DNA from: Chloroflexota bacterium
GTDB lineage: Bacteria > Chloroflexota > Limnocylindria > Limnocylindrales > CSP1-4
Reading direction: 5' to 3'
Assembly (NCBI GenBank): GCA_021825385.1
Contig: JAKAHU010000002.1
Span: forward strand, 1 to 38,118
Length of the DNA: 38,118 nt
How positions within the stretch are numbered: the stretch's first letter is position 1; every line of letters begins with the position of its first letter. The notes beneath the pieces were generated by a model that worked only from the letters and a program-made list of their open reading frames with translations, searched no databases and was not told the origin of the DNA. The position numbers and the translations under genes are program-made. Positions 1 through 9,209 of the stretch are shown piece after piece.

Positions 1-877
1 GTTCGGGGATTCCGTGCGTCGCCCAGGGCTTGGCCCCGGTCTCGAAGAATCCGACCATCAGCTTGCCCGCCTCGTTGCGGGCATACGCGCCATCGTCGGG
101 CATCCGGAGAACGGGCAGGTTGGGAGTCAGCTCGGCGATCGGCTCGGTGATCAGGTAGAAGTGCTCCGCGGCATGGAGCGGCACGACCACCTCGTCCCTG
201 GCCGCGAGCTCGCGCGCCCACATCCCGGTGCAGTTGACGACGAACTCGCAGGCGATCTCGCCCCGCTCGGTCGACACGCCGCTCACCCGGCCGTCGCGGC
301 GCAGGACCCGGAGCACCTTCGTCTGCTCGAAGACGCGCCCGCCGGCCATCTGGGCCGCCTTCGCCAGGGCATGCGTCACGTCGGTCGGATTGGCCATCCC
401 GTCACCGGGGATGAAGGCGGCCCCGAGCACGTCGCCGGTGTCGAGGAGAGGCCACATCTCGGCCACCCGCTCCGGTCCCACGAGCTCGAGGTCGACCCCC
501 ACCAGATGGGCCATGGATGCGTTTCGACGGATCTCGTCCCAGCGACCCGGGCTCGACGCGACGAGCAGCGAGCCCGGCTGCTCGAATCCGGTTTCGCTGC
601 CGGTCTTCCGCTCGAGCTCCCGGAACAGGTCCTTGGCGTAGCTCGCCAGAAGGCTCATGTTGTAGGTCGCGCGGAGCTGGCCCACGAGGCCGGCGGCGTG
701 CCATGTCGTCCCCGAGGTGAGGGTCCTGCGCTCGAGGAGAACGACGTCGTTCCAGCCGCGCTCGGTCAGGTGGTAGAGAACGCTGGCGCCAACGATTCCG
801 CCACCGATGACGACGACGCGGGCCTGGCTGGGGAACGGCACGCTCAGGGCGTCCGGCGAGGACGCGGGGTTCGACAT
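1..877 (-). CDS. FAD-dependent oxidoreductase, DAO-type N-terminal part of a dimethylglycine/sarcosine dehydrogenase-like enzyme (3' end runs off the window)
   Basis: Absent from the ORF track because there is no stop inside the window. Reverse-strand ATG at 877-875. My translation MSNPASSPDALSVPFPSQARVVVIGGGIVGASVLYHLTERGWNDVVLLERRTLTSGTTWHAAGLVGQLR... carries the GxGxxG FAD fold. It is clearly paralogous to the N-terminus of the 1712-4141 product. Confidence 0.8.
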   Translation of the reverse strand, partial: MSNPASSPDALSVPFPSQARVVVIGGGIVGASVLYHLTERGWNDVVLLERRTLTSGTTWHAAGLVGQLRATYNMSLLASYAKDLFRELERKTGSETGFEQPGSLLVASSPGRWDEIRRNASMAHLVGVDLELVGPERVAEMWPLLDTGDVLGAAFIPGDGMANPTDVTHALAKAAQMAGGRVFEQTKVLRVLRRDGRVSGVSTERGEIACEFVVNCTGMWARELAARDEVVVPLHAAEHFYLITEPIAELTPNLPVLRMPDDGAYARNEAGKLMVGFFETGAKPWATHGIPE

Positions 878-973
878 CGCTCCTACTCCACTTCACCATC
901 GATCGCGCCGGCGCCGGCGGCGTCACGTGCCAATAGCGCGATATTAGGGTGTTCGACTGGTCGCCGCCCCCGG

Positions 974-1612
974 TCAGCGGCCATGGCCCGGCCCGGCCAG
1001 ACGAACGCCGAGCAGCGTCCGGGCCGCGGCATGGTGGATCGAGAGGAAGCGCTCCCGCGAGGTCCCGGGCGCCCCGAGCGCCGTGGCAACCTCCGCGCCG
1101 TCGACGAGCATGATCAGCGCATCGACGAGCCCATCGGTCGGCATCGTCGGCACGAACAGGCCGCTGCGCACCCCGGCCTCGATCGCCTCTCGGAAGGGCT
1201 GGCGCCAGGCTTCGTAGAACATGGCCAGCCTGGCCCGGATCGTCTCGTCGCGGGCCATGGCCAGGAACTCGATCCAGATCCGGCTCTGACGGAGCAGCGG
1301 CTCGGCCAGGGCGCGCTCGATCAGGGTCTCGATCCGGCGCCAGGGGTCGCCGTCGGCGGGCTCGATCGAGACCCAGGCCTCGAGGCGCCGGCGCGACGAC
1401 CAGTCGAACAGCTCGGCCACCAGCCGGTCCCGGGTATCGAAGTAGTGCTGGACCATTCCGATCGAGACGCCGGCGGCGGCGGCGACATCGCGGAGCCGGG
1501 TGCGCTCGACGCCGTTGTCGACGAGCAAACGCTCCGCGGCGGCCAGAATCTGTTCCCGCCGCTGCGCACGCCGGGCCGCGCCGCGCTCCGCGGATCGGGC
1601 CTCCGTCGCCAT
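974..1612 (-). CDS. TetR family transcriptional regulator
   Basis: From Met at 1612: MATEARSAERGAARRAQRREQILAAAERLLVDNGVERTRLRDVAAAAGVSIGMVQHYF..., a typical TetR N-terminal HTH. A GAGGAGGG RBS lies just upstream. The 330-aa track ORF (to 1966) is an upstream extension into the divergent gene. Confidence 0.85.
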   Translation of the reverse strand: MATEARSAERGAARRAQRREQILAAAERLLVDNGVERTRLRDVAAAAGVSIGMVQHYFDTRDRLVAELFDWSSRRRLEAWVSIEPADGDPWRRIETLIERALAEPLLRQSRIWIEFLAMARDETIRARLAMFYEAWRQPFREAIEAGVRSGLFVPTMPTDGLVDALIMLVDGAEVATALGAPGTSRERFLSIHHAAARTLLGVRLAGPGHGR

Positions 1613-1711
1613 CAATCCCTCCTCGACATGCTCATCGGGAGATCCTCGCCGGCTCAATCGTAGCATCGTATTATGGACAACGGAGAAGGGGGCAGGGATG
1701 GGAGGCCGGCG

Positions 1712-4141
1712 ATGAGGACACACGCGCGGGTCGTGGTGATCGGCGGAGGGGCCGTGGGCGCCAGCCTGCTCTACCACCTCGCCAGGCGCGGCTGGACCGA
1801 CACGCTCCTGCTCGAAAAGAACGAGCTGACGGCGGGCTCGACCTGGCACGCGGCCGGGTTGTGCACGCAGTTCAACTCGAGCATCAACGTCACGTCGCTG
1901 CTGATGTACAGCGTCGATCTGTTCCGGCGGCTCGAGGCCGAGACCGGCCAGTCGGTCGACTTCCACGGTGTCGGGAGCATCCGGCTGGCAACGACCCCGG
2001 ACCGGATGGACCAGTACCGCGACCAGGCCGGACTGGCCAAGATCGTCGGCCTACCCTACGAGCTGATCGGCCCACGGGAGATCGGCCGGCGCGCGCCGCT
2101 CCTGTCCCTGACGGGTGTCATCGGTGGGGCCTGGACGCCGACCGACGGGTACGTTGATCCGACGAGCGTGACCCAGGCCATGGCCAAGGGTGCCCGCGAC
2201 CTGGGGGCGGAGATCGCGGTCCGGACAGCCGTGCGCGAACTGCGGCCGGTGCCGGGCGGCGAGTGGGACGTGGTGACCGACCGCGGCACGGTCCGGGCCG
2301 GGATCGTGGTCAACGCGGCGGGGATCTGGGGACGCGAGATCGGGGAGCTGGCCGGGGTCGAGCTCCCGATCGTCCCGATGTCGCACCAGTACCTGGTCAC
2401 CGACGTGATCCCCGAACTCGAACTCGCGCACGCCGAGATGCCGGTCATCCGCGACGTGGAGGCATCCTTCTACGTTCGCGAGGAGGCGAGCGGCCTGATC
2501 GTGGGGCCGTACGAGCGGAACCCGAAGCCCTGGGCCCCGCGCGGGATCCCCCGCGAGTTCGGCAAACAGCTCCTGGCTCCGGAGTTCGAGCAGGTGGGCG
2601 ACGTCCTCGACCTCGCCCAGCAGCGGATCCCGGCCCTCAGAACGGCCGGCATGAAGCAGCTGCTCAACGGCCCGACCAGCTACACACCCGACGGCAACGC
2701 GCTCATGGGCTGGGTCCCCGGCCTGCGCAACTACTTCGTCCTGGCCGGCTTCAGCTACGGGATCGTCCAGAGCGGCGGGGCGGGCCGGAACGCCGCCGCC
2801 TGGATCGTCGACGGTCAGCCGATCGACAACATGTGGGAGCTCGACGTCACCCGCTTCGGACCGTACGCCAGCGCGCTCCCCTACCTGATCGCCCGGGCGC
2901 AGGAGGTCTACGAGCGAGAGTACGCGATCCCCTACCCGTTCCAGGAGTTGCCCGCGGGCCGACCGCTGAAAACTGACCCGCTGTACGACCGCCTTCTCGC
3001 CCGCGGCGCGGTCATGGGCGCGCGCAATGGCTGGGAACGCCCGCTCTACTTCGTCCCCGAAGGGGCGCCACGGGGCGACCGGCCGACCTACCGGCGGCCT
3101 GACTGGCTGCCCTACCAGATCGCCGAGTGCGCGGCCATCCGCGAGCGGGCCGGAGTTCTGGACATGACCAGCTTTGCCAAGTTCGAGGTGCGCGGTCCGG
3201 GTGCGGCCGCCCTTCTCGACCGGCTGAGCGCGAACAGGCTTCCGGCGGTGGGCCGAGCGGCGGTGAGCCAGCTGCTCACCCCGGCCGGCGGGATCGAGTG
3301 CGACCTCACGATCTCCCGGATCGCGCCGGATCGGTTCTACCTCATCACCGCGGCGGGGACGGAAACCCATGACCTGGCCTGGATCGCGAGCCATGCCCCG
3401 ACCGACGGGACGGTCGTACTCGAGAACGTCACCGCGGCCTGGGGCGTGCTCGCGATCGCCGGTCCTCGGTCGCGGGAGATCCTGGCCGCGCTCTCCGAGG
3501 ATGACTGGTCGAACGCCGGGTTCCCGTTCATGGCCGTCCGCGATCTCCACCTCGGCCCGGTCCCGGTCCGCGCCCTGCGGATCACGTACACCGGTGAGCT
3601 CGGCTGGGAGCTCCACCACCCGATCGAGTACACCCACACGCTCTACGACCTCCTGTTCGAGGCGGGCGCCTCGCACGGCCTCGCCGATGTCGGGTATCGG
3701 GCACTCGACTCACTGCGACTCGAGAAGGGCTACCGGCTGTGGGGCGTGGACATCTCCCCTCTGTACACGCCACTCGAGGCCGGCCTGGAGCGTTTCGTCC
3801 GTCTCGACAAGGGCGACTTCATCGGCCGTGACGCGCTCATCCGCCAGCTCGAGGACGGGATCCGCCAGCGGCTCGTGACCGTGCGCATCGAGCTCGACCC
3901 AGCGGACGACCTGTTCCCCCGCGGCGGCGAGCCGGTGCACACGGGAGGGCGACTCGTCGGCTACCTGCGCGCGGCGCATCCGGGCCATGCCGTGGGGATG
4001 GCGCTCGGCCTGGCCTATCTCCCGGTCGAGGTCGCCACGCCCGGCACGCCTGTCGAGATCGACATCCTCGGCATCAGCCGCCCGGGCCAGGTGATCCAAA
4101 CCGCGGTCTACGACCCGGCCGGATCCAGGATGCGGGCCTAG
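1712..4141 (+). CDS. Dimethylglycine/sarcosine dehydrogenase-like enzyme (FAD DAO domain fused to a GcvT/aminomethyltransferase-like folate-binding domain)
   Basis: The N-terminus VVVIGGGAVGASLLYHLARRGW...STWHAAGL is an FAD fold. The C-terminal half (TYTGELGWELHHP, LRLEKGY) is GcvT-like. Start chosen at Met14 behind GGGAGG; 1673 is also possible. Confidence 0.85.
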   Translation: MRTHARVVVIGGGAVGASLLYHLARRGWTDTLLLEKNELTAGSTWHAAGLCTQFNSSINVTSLLMYSVDLFRRLEAETGQSVDFHGVGSIRLATTPDRMDQYRDQAGLAKIVGLPYELIGPREIGRRAPLLSLTGVIGGAWTPTDGYVDPTSVTQAMAKGARDLGAEIAVRTAVRELRPVPGGEWDVVTDRGTVRAGIVVNAAGIWGREIGELAGVELPIVPMSHQYLVTDVIPELELAHAEMPVIRDVEASFYVREEASGLIVGPYERNPKPWAPRGIPREFGKQLLAPEFEQVGDVLDLAQQRIPALRTAGMKQLLNGPTSYTPDGNALMGWVPGLRNYFVLAGFSYGIVQSGGAGRNAAAWIVDGQPIDNMWELDVTRFGPYASALPYLIARAQEVYEREYAIPYPFQELPAGRPLKTDPLYDRLLARGAVMGARNGWERPLYFVPEGAPRGDRPTYRRPDWLPYQIAECAAIRERAGVLDMTSFAKFEVRGPGAAALLDRLSANRLPAVGRAAVSQLLTPAGGIECDLTISRIAPDRFYLITAAGTETHDLAWIASHAPTDGTVVLENVTAAWGVLAIAGPRSREILAALSEDDWSNAGFPFMAVRDLHLGPVPVRALRITYTGELGWELHHPIEYTHTLYDLLFEAGASHGLADVGYRALDSLRLEKGYRLWGVDISPLYTPLEAGLERFVRLDKGDFIGRDALIRQLEDGIRQRLVTVRIELDPADDLFPRGGEPVHTGGRLVGYLRAAHPGHAVGMALGLAYLPVEVATPGTPVEIDILGISRPGQVIQTAVYDPAGSRMRA

Positions 4142-4142
4142 G

Positions 4143-4190
4143 CCGCCCGTCCGCCCGTCCGCCCGGCCGCCCGGCCGATCGGCCGATCCG
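4143..4190. repeat. Six tandem 8-nt units (CCGCCCGT)x2 (CCGCCCGG)x2 CCGATCGG CCGATCCG, starting just after the stop codon at 4139-4141
   Basis: Read directly from the sequence. The 8-nt period is not a multiple of 3 and the array lies in the 320-nt intergenic gap. Confidence 0.85.
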
Positions 4191-4462
4191 CCTCGCTCCA
4201 TCCGGACCGGTCAGAGTGGGCGGACCCCATGGACCGCCCTGGGCCGCCATGTATACTCCTCCGATCGTTGCGCCCGGACTGCGCTCCGGCACCAGCCTCA
4301 TCACCGAGGGACCCGTGACGCCTGCAGCCCCCCTGGCGTCGACAACGGCATACGGATACCCGCTGGGTCGACCTCGACTTCGCCGCGACCCGGCCTGGAC
4401 GCGCCCGTGAGCCGACGATCGGGCGTGCCGAGCGACCGGGTCCGCGAGCGAGGGAACGCTCG

Positions 4463-5401
4463 ATGAGGATCTTCTTCGCCACGGACGTTCACGGCTCCGA
4501 GGTGTGCTGGCGAAAGTTCCTCAACGCCGGGGCGTTCCACAAGGCCGACGTGCTGATCATGGGCGGGGACATGACCGGCAAGGCGATGGTCCCGGTCGTA
4601 TCGACCCCGGTCGGCTGGGAGGTGACGGTCCAGGGCCAGAGGCACGCGCTGTCGAGCGAGGACGAGGTCCGGGCGATGGAGAAGCGGATCCGGGACCGGG
4701 GCTACTACCCGGTTCGCCTGACACGCGATGAGGTGGACGCGTGGGCCGCCGACCCCGTCCTCGTCGACACCCGGTTCCGATCGGAAATGCTCGCCTCGGT
4801 TGAGCGCTGGATGGCCCTGGCCGCCGAGCGGCTGGCTGGCTCGGGCATCCGGTGCATCGTCTCACCTGCCAACGACGACATGTTCGAGGTCGACTCGATC
4901 ATCGACCGCGCCGAGCGCGTCGAGCTCGGTGAGGGGAACACGATCGAACTCGACGGCTTCACGCTCGTCTCGACCGGCTGGGCGAACCCGACACCCTGGA
5001 ACACATACCGCGAGCTGCCCGAACCGGAGCTCCGCCAGCGGATCGACGGTCTCCTGGCCGCGGTCACCGATCCCCAGCGCTCGATCTTCAATTTCCATGC
5101 GCCACCGCATGGCTCGAACCTCGACAGCGCCCCGAAGCTCGACGCGGAGATGAACTACGTCGCCGGCGGCCAGGCCCTGGTACCCGTCGGCTCGCGAGCC
5201 GTCCGGGACGCGATCCTGGCCTACCGGCCGGCGCTCTCGCTGCACGGCCATATCCACGAGGGCAAGGGCGCGGTCCGCCTCGGGCCCACCCTGGCGGTCA
5301 ATCCCGGGAGCTCCTATGAGGATGGGGTGCTCCAGGCGGCGATCGTGGATCTCGACACGAAGAAGGGATCGGTGAAGCGCTATCTGCTGATCAACGGTTG
5401 A
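4463..5401 (+). CDS. Metallophosphoesterase (calcineurin-like phosphoesterase family)
   Basis: Motifs FFATDVHGS (DxH), IMGGDMTGK (GDxxG) and LSLHGHIHEG (GHxH), with a GAGGGA RBS upstream. Confidence 0.75.
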   Translation: MRIFFATDVHGSEVCWRKFLNAGAFHKADVLIMGGDMTGKAMVPVVSTPVGWEVTVQGQRHALSSEDEVRAMEKRIRDRGYYPVRLTRDEVDAWAADPVLVDTRFRSEMLASVERWMALAAERLAGSGIRCIVSPANDDMFEVDSIIDRAERVELGEGNTIELDGFTLVSTGWANPTPWNTYRELPEPELRQRIDGLLAAVTDPQRSIFNFHAPPHGSNLDSAPKLDAEMNYVAGGQALVPVGSRAVRDAILAYRPALSLHGHIHEGKGAVRLGPTLAVNPGSSYEDGVLQAAIVDLDTKKGSVKRYLLING

Positions 5402-5433
5402 TCGTCTAGGTTCGGAGGAGAGGAGGGAACTCG

Positions 5434-7218
5434 GTGACATCGGGCTCGGCACCGTCGCTGTTCCTCAGGAACGCAACGGGGCTCGTCAAGGGCTGGTCCG
5501 GCTTCGACGCGTTCATCTACTCGTTCATGTCGGTGAACCTCGTCACGCTGGGCATGTTCTACAGCTTCCTCACATTCGGGTGGGTCCCGGACGGCTCACC
5601 GATCGCCGCGATCGTCATCTCGGCGATCGCGGTCACGTTCCTCGCGATCACGTACGCGGGCTTGATCGCCGTCATGCCTCGCGCCGGGGGCGACTACGTC
5701 TGGCAGAGCCGCGTCCTGGACGGCATCCCCGGCGCGGTGTCCGGGGCGGTCGTGTTCGGGATCGGCGCGTTCCTGGTCGCCCAGGCACTTGCCCTCGGCG
5801 ACGCCGTCGCCCTCGCCGCCGGGGCGGTCGGGGTGGCCGGCGGCGCCCTGCTCGGTCTCCGTCGCGGTGGGATCGGATTCGTCCTGGCGGCCACCGGCTG
5901 GTGGTTCATCCTGGCCCTCTGGGCACCGATCTACGGCGCGATCCTGACGGTCGAGTTCGTCCAGCCGGTGACGGCCCTGGCCGGGCTCGAGAGCGTGTCG
6001 AGCTTCTTCGGCACGCCCGATGGCGTGTTCACGATCTCGCTCATCGTCATCGCCCTCGTGACCGGACTGGTTGCGCTCGGGATGGCGGGCTATGCCCGAA
6101 TCCAGCGCGCCAGCCTGTACGTTGGCCTGGCCGTGCTGGCGGTCGTGTTCGTGCTCATGCTCGTCTCGTCGCAGGCGGACTTCCAGCGCGCCTTCGACCG
6201 CGAGGCGTCGAGCCTGTTCGGGGTGGCGAACGCCTACCAGACGACGATCGACACGACGGCCACCTTCTACGGCGCCCCGTTCCAGGGCCTCGACCCGCTC
6301 GGCTTCGGACCGGGCACCCTGGCCCTCGTCCCGTTCATGTTCTTCTGGATCCTGTACCCCAACTGGGGCGCCACGCTGTACGGCGAGGTCCGCGGCGCGG
6401 GCGACTTCCGCAAGGTCCTCAATGGGATGCTGGGCGGCATCTGGGTGACCGCCGTCCTGGCGGTCGTCTTCGTCCTGCTCGCCGCCAAGACGTTCGGCTG
6501 GGAGTTCTTCCAGGCAACGAACGCCAACTTCGCCGACACGTTCTACGGGGTCGCCGACGCACCGGCTCCGATCATCCCGGTGTGGGGCTACCCGCCCCTC
6601 CTGGCCTCGTTCCTCGTCGACAGCAGGATCATCCAGCTCGTCATCGTGGTCCTGTTCGGGGCATGGTTCCTCGGCTGGGCCGGGACGCTCTTCCTGTCCT
6701 CGACGCGGATGATCTTTGCCGCGGCGTTCGACCGGATCCTGCCCGAGGCGGCCGCGCGCGTCTCGGACCGCGGCGTCCCGATGGTGGCGCTGTTGCTGAT
6801 CATGGTCCCGTCGGTCGTGCTGAGCTGGTTCTACGCCTACAACGCCGACTTCGTCGGGCTGACACTCGATGCCACGCTCGTGATCGCGGTCACCTTCCTC
6901 GGCAGCGCCGTGGCCGCGACGATCCTGCCGTACTGGAAGAAGGAGCTGTACGCGAATTCGCCCCTCGCGCGCTACTCGATCGGCGGGCTGCCGCTGATCA
7001 GTCTGGCCGGCGGGGTGACGACCGTGATCCTGGTCTGGGTGCTCGTCGAGTGGCTCACGAATAGCCTCTACGGTATCGGCGTGGGGAACACCCAGTCGAT
7101 CATCTTCCTCGGCATCCTCTACGGCGCCGCGGTCGTCCTGTACGTCGTTGCCCGCCTGTACCGGAGGGCCCAGGGGATCGACCTCGAGGCGATCCACGCC
7201 GAGATTCCGGCCGAGTAG
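5434..7218 (+). CDS. APC-superfamily permease (amino acid/amine transporter, substrate unknown)
   Basis: 594 aa with about 12 hydrophobic segments. The GTG start follows GGAGGAGAGGAGGG, 32 nt after the preceding gene. The family call rests on overall resemblance only. Confidence 0.75.
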   Translation: MTSGSAPSLFLRNATGLVKGWSGFDAFIYSFMSVNLVTLGMFYSFLTFGWVPDGSPIAAIVISAIAVTFLAITYAGLIAVMPRAGGDYVWQSRVLDGIPGAVSGAVVFGIGAFLVAQALALGDAVALAAGAVGVAGGALLGLRRGGIGFVLAATGWWFILALWAPIYGAILTVEFVQPVTALAGLESVSSFFGTPDGVFTISLIVIALVTGLVALGMAGYARIQRASLYVGLAVLAVVFVLMLVSSQADFQRAFDREASSLFGVANAYQTTIDTTATFYGAPFQGLDPLGFGPGTLALVPFMFFWILYPNWGATLYGEVRGAGDFRKVLNGMLGGIWVTAVLAVVFVLLAAKTFGWEFFQATNANFADTFYGVADAPAPIIPVWGYPPLLASFLVDSRIIQLVIVVLFGAWFLGWAGTLFLSSTRMIFAAAFDRILPEAAARVSDRGVPMVALLLIMVPSVVLSWFYAYNADFVGLTLDATLVIAVTFLGSAVAATILPYWKKELYANSPLARYSIGGLPLISLAGGVTTVILVWVLVEWLTNSLYGIGVGNTQSIIFLGILYGAAVVLYVVARLYRRAQGIDLEAIHAEIPAE

Positions 7219-7250
7219 GCCGCCCTCCGGGGCTTCCGGGAACCTGACCC

Positions 7251-7281
7251 GACCGGGCCCGGCGCATCGCCGGGCCCGGTC
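7251..7281. terminator. Perfect 14-bp stem / 3-nt loop hairpin between convergent genes (possible bidirectional terminator)
   Basis: GACCGGGCCCGGCG-cat-CGCCGGGCCCGGTC lies between the permease stop (7216-7218) and the aldehyde dehydrogenase stop (7288-7290). There is no strong U-tract. Confidence 0.55.
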
Positions 7282-7287
7282 GCCGAT

Positions 7288-8763
7288 TCAGCCGCGGAAC
7301 CAGCCGCTCGGCGCCGGCCGTGTGTTCTGGTAGATGTGCTTCGCCTCGCGGTACTCGTCGAGGCCGCTCGGACCGAGCTCGCGTCCGATGCCCGACTGCT
7401 TGAAGCCGCCCCATTCGGCCTGGGGCAGGTAGCGGTTGTACTCGTTGATCCAGACCGTGCCGTGGCGCAGGCGGGCCGCGACCCGCTGGGCCCGGCCCGC
7501 GTCGGCCGTCCAGACCGCGCCGGCCAGCCCGTAGCTCGTATCGTTGCCCAGCCGGATCGCCTCCTCCTCGGTCGTGAACCGTTCGACCGTGACGACCGGG
7601 CCGAAGACCTCCTCGCGGACGATCGTCATCTCCCTCGTCACGTCGGTGAACACGGTCGGCCGAAGGTAGAAGCCGGCCTGGAGCTCGGGCTCCGTCGGTC
7701 GCGTCCCGCCGGTCACCAGCCGGGCGCCTTCGGCCACGGCCGAGGCGATGTAGCGCTCGACCTTGGCGCGGTGCTCGGCCGTGATCAGGGCCCCGGTCTC
7801 GGTCGCGGGATCGAGACCCGGCCCGAGGCGGATCCGGTCGGCGCGCCGGGCGAGCTCCTCCACGAAGCGGTCGTGGATCGATGACTCGACGATCAGCCGG
7901 CAACCGGCCGAGCAGACCTGGCCCGAGTGCAGGAAGGCGGCGGTCAGGGCGTTGTCCACGGCGATCTCGAAGTCGGCGTCGGCGAAGACGATGTTCGGGC
8001 TCTTGCCGCCCAGCTCGAGGGCGACCCGCTTGATGTTGGCGACGGCCCCGCGCATCAGCGCACGGCCGGCCTCGATCCCGCCGGTCAGCGAAACCAGATC
8101 GACGTCCGGACTGTCCGCGAGCGCCTGGCCGACGCGGCCACCGGGGCCCAGGACGAGGTTGACCACGCCGGCCGGAACCCCGGCCTCCTCGAGCAGCCTG
8201 GTCAGGTGGACCGTCGTCAGCGGGGTCACCTGGGCCGGCTTCATGACCGTCGTGTTGCCCGCGGCGAGAGCGGGGGCGATCTTCCAGCTCATCTGCAGGA
8301 GCGGGTAGTTCCAGGGACCGATCAGGGCGCACACCCCGATCGGCTCGTACACGATCCGGCTGAGCGCATCGGGAGACCCGGTGGCGACGACCCGACCCGC
8401 TTCCTTGTCGGCGAGCCCGGCGTAGTAGCGAAAGACGCTGATCACGTCGTCGACGTCGTACTCGGACTCGCGGAGCGCCTTGCCCGTGTTCAGGGTTTCG
8501 GCGCGGGCGATGAGGTCTCGGTCGCGGGCGAGCAGGTCGGCGACCCGCGCGAGGAGAGTCCCCCGCTCGACGGCCGGGCGATGCGGCCAGTCCGATTCAT
8601 CGAAGGCGTGACGGGCTGCCCTGATCGCCCGCTCCAGGTCGGCATCGGCCGCGACGTCGACCTCGGCCACCACGCTCCCGTCGGAGGGATAGACGACCGG
8701 GCTGCGCTCGCCGCCCGCGCCATGGGTCCAGGTTCCGTCGATGAACAGGGTGGGCTCGCTCAT
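7288..8763 (-). CDS. NAD(P)-dependent aldehyde dehydrogenase (betaine-aldehyde dehydrogenase-like)
   Basis: ALDH motifs PWNYP, LELGGKSP, catalytic GQVCSAG and EEVFGPV; 491 aa. The context of betaine/one-carbon genes is consistent. Confidence 0.85.
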   Translation of the reverse strand: MSEPTLFIDGTWTHGAGGERSPVVYPSDGSVVAEVDVAADADLERAIRAARHAFDESDWPHRPAVERGTLLARVADLLARDRDLIARAETLNTGKALRESEYDVDDVISVFRYYAGLADKEAGRVVATGSPDALSRIVYEPIGVCALIGPWNYPLLQMSWKIAPALAAGNTTVMKPAQVTPLTTVHLTRLLEEAGVPAGVVNLVLGPGGRVGQALADSPDVDLVSLTGGIEAGRALMRGAVANIKRVALELGGKSPNIVFADADFEIAVDNALTAAFLHSGQVCSAGCRLIVESSIHDRFVEELARRADRIRLGPGLDPATETGALITAEHRAKVERYIASAVAEGARLVTGGTRPTEPELQAGFYLRPTVFTDVTREMTIVREEVFGPVVTVERFTTEEEAIRLGNDTSYGLAGAVWTADAGRAQRVAARLRHGTVWINEYNRYLPQAEWGGFKQSGIGRELGPSGLDEYREAKHIYQNTRPAPSGWFRG

Positions 8764-8850
8764 GGAAGGCAGGATCGGGGCTGGACGCGCGTGACGTCAA
8801 GGGCGTCGCGTTGACCGAGGCGAGGCCTGGGGCTTGACCGACTGCTATAT

Positions 8851-8866
8851 ACAACCGTATGGTTGT
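8851..8866. promoter_or_regulatory. Perfect inverted repeat ACAACC-gtat-GGTTGT, candidate operator of the adjacent ArsR-family gene
   Basis: Read from the sequence. It overlaps the track start codon at 8859 and a possible -10 (TATGGT 8858-8863), 18 nt downstream of TTGACC (8834-8839). Confidence 0.35.
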
Positions 8867-9209
8867 GTTTGTGCAGACCCACCCTCGTGACTACGACCGG
8901 ATGTTCGGCGCCCTGGCGGATGCCACCCGCCGCGACATCGTTCGCCGTGCGATCGAGGGCGGGGAGGGCGTCGCCGAACTGGCCAGCCATTACCCGATGA
9001 GCTTCGCGGCCGTACAGAAGCACGTCGCGATCCTCGAGCGGGCCGGCCTGGTCACCAAGGAGCGCATCGGGCGCCGCAAGGTCGTCCGCGCCAACGTCGA
9101 GGGCCTGCGCGCGGCGCGCCGGCTCCTCGACCAGTACGAGGAGTTGTGGCGCGGACGAATCGACCGGATGACCGCGCTCGTGACCGACAGGCAGGAGACC
9201 AACCCATGA
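8859..9209 (+). CDS. ArsR-family winged-helix regulator (non-metal type, partner of an SRPBCC protein)
   Basis: ...MFGALADATRRDIVRRAIEGGEGVAELASHYPMSFAAVQKHVAILERAGLV... is an ArsR HTH without Cys/His sensor motifs. The stop overlaps the next start (ATGA). The true start may be 8901 (MFGALAD). Confidence 0.8.
   Translation: MVVFVQTHPRDYDRMFGALADATRRDIVRRAIEGGEGVAELASHYPMSFAAVQKHVAILERAGLVTKERIGRRKVVRANVEGLRAARRLLDQYEELWRGRIDRMTALVTDRQETNP

Noticed and set aside
14-1663. 549-aa plus-strand ORF, and similar very long ORFs (2051..3676 -, 5596..7197 -, 7100..8332 -, 11658..13043 -, 14331..15560 -, 21408..23186 -, 27752..29389 -, 35846..36832 +)
   Set aside because: Their Arg/Gly/Pro/Ala-dominated translations have no recognisable motifs. 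Each lies antisense or out of frame to a gene with clear family signatures, so they are typical GC-rich shadow ORFs.
4200-4462. Possible riboswitch or small RNA in the long gap before the metallophosphoesterase gene
   Set aside because: I could not match any riboswitch consensus by eye. Only short generic GC hairpins are present, and a covariance-model scan would be needed.
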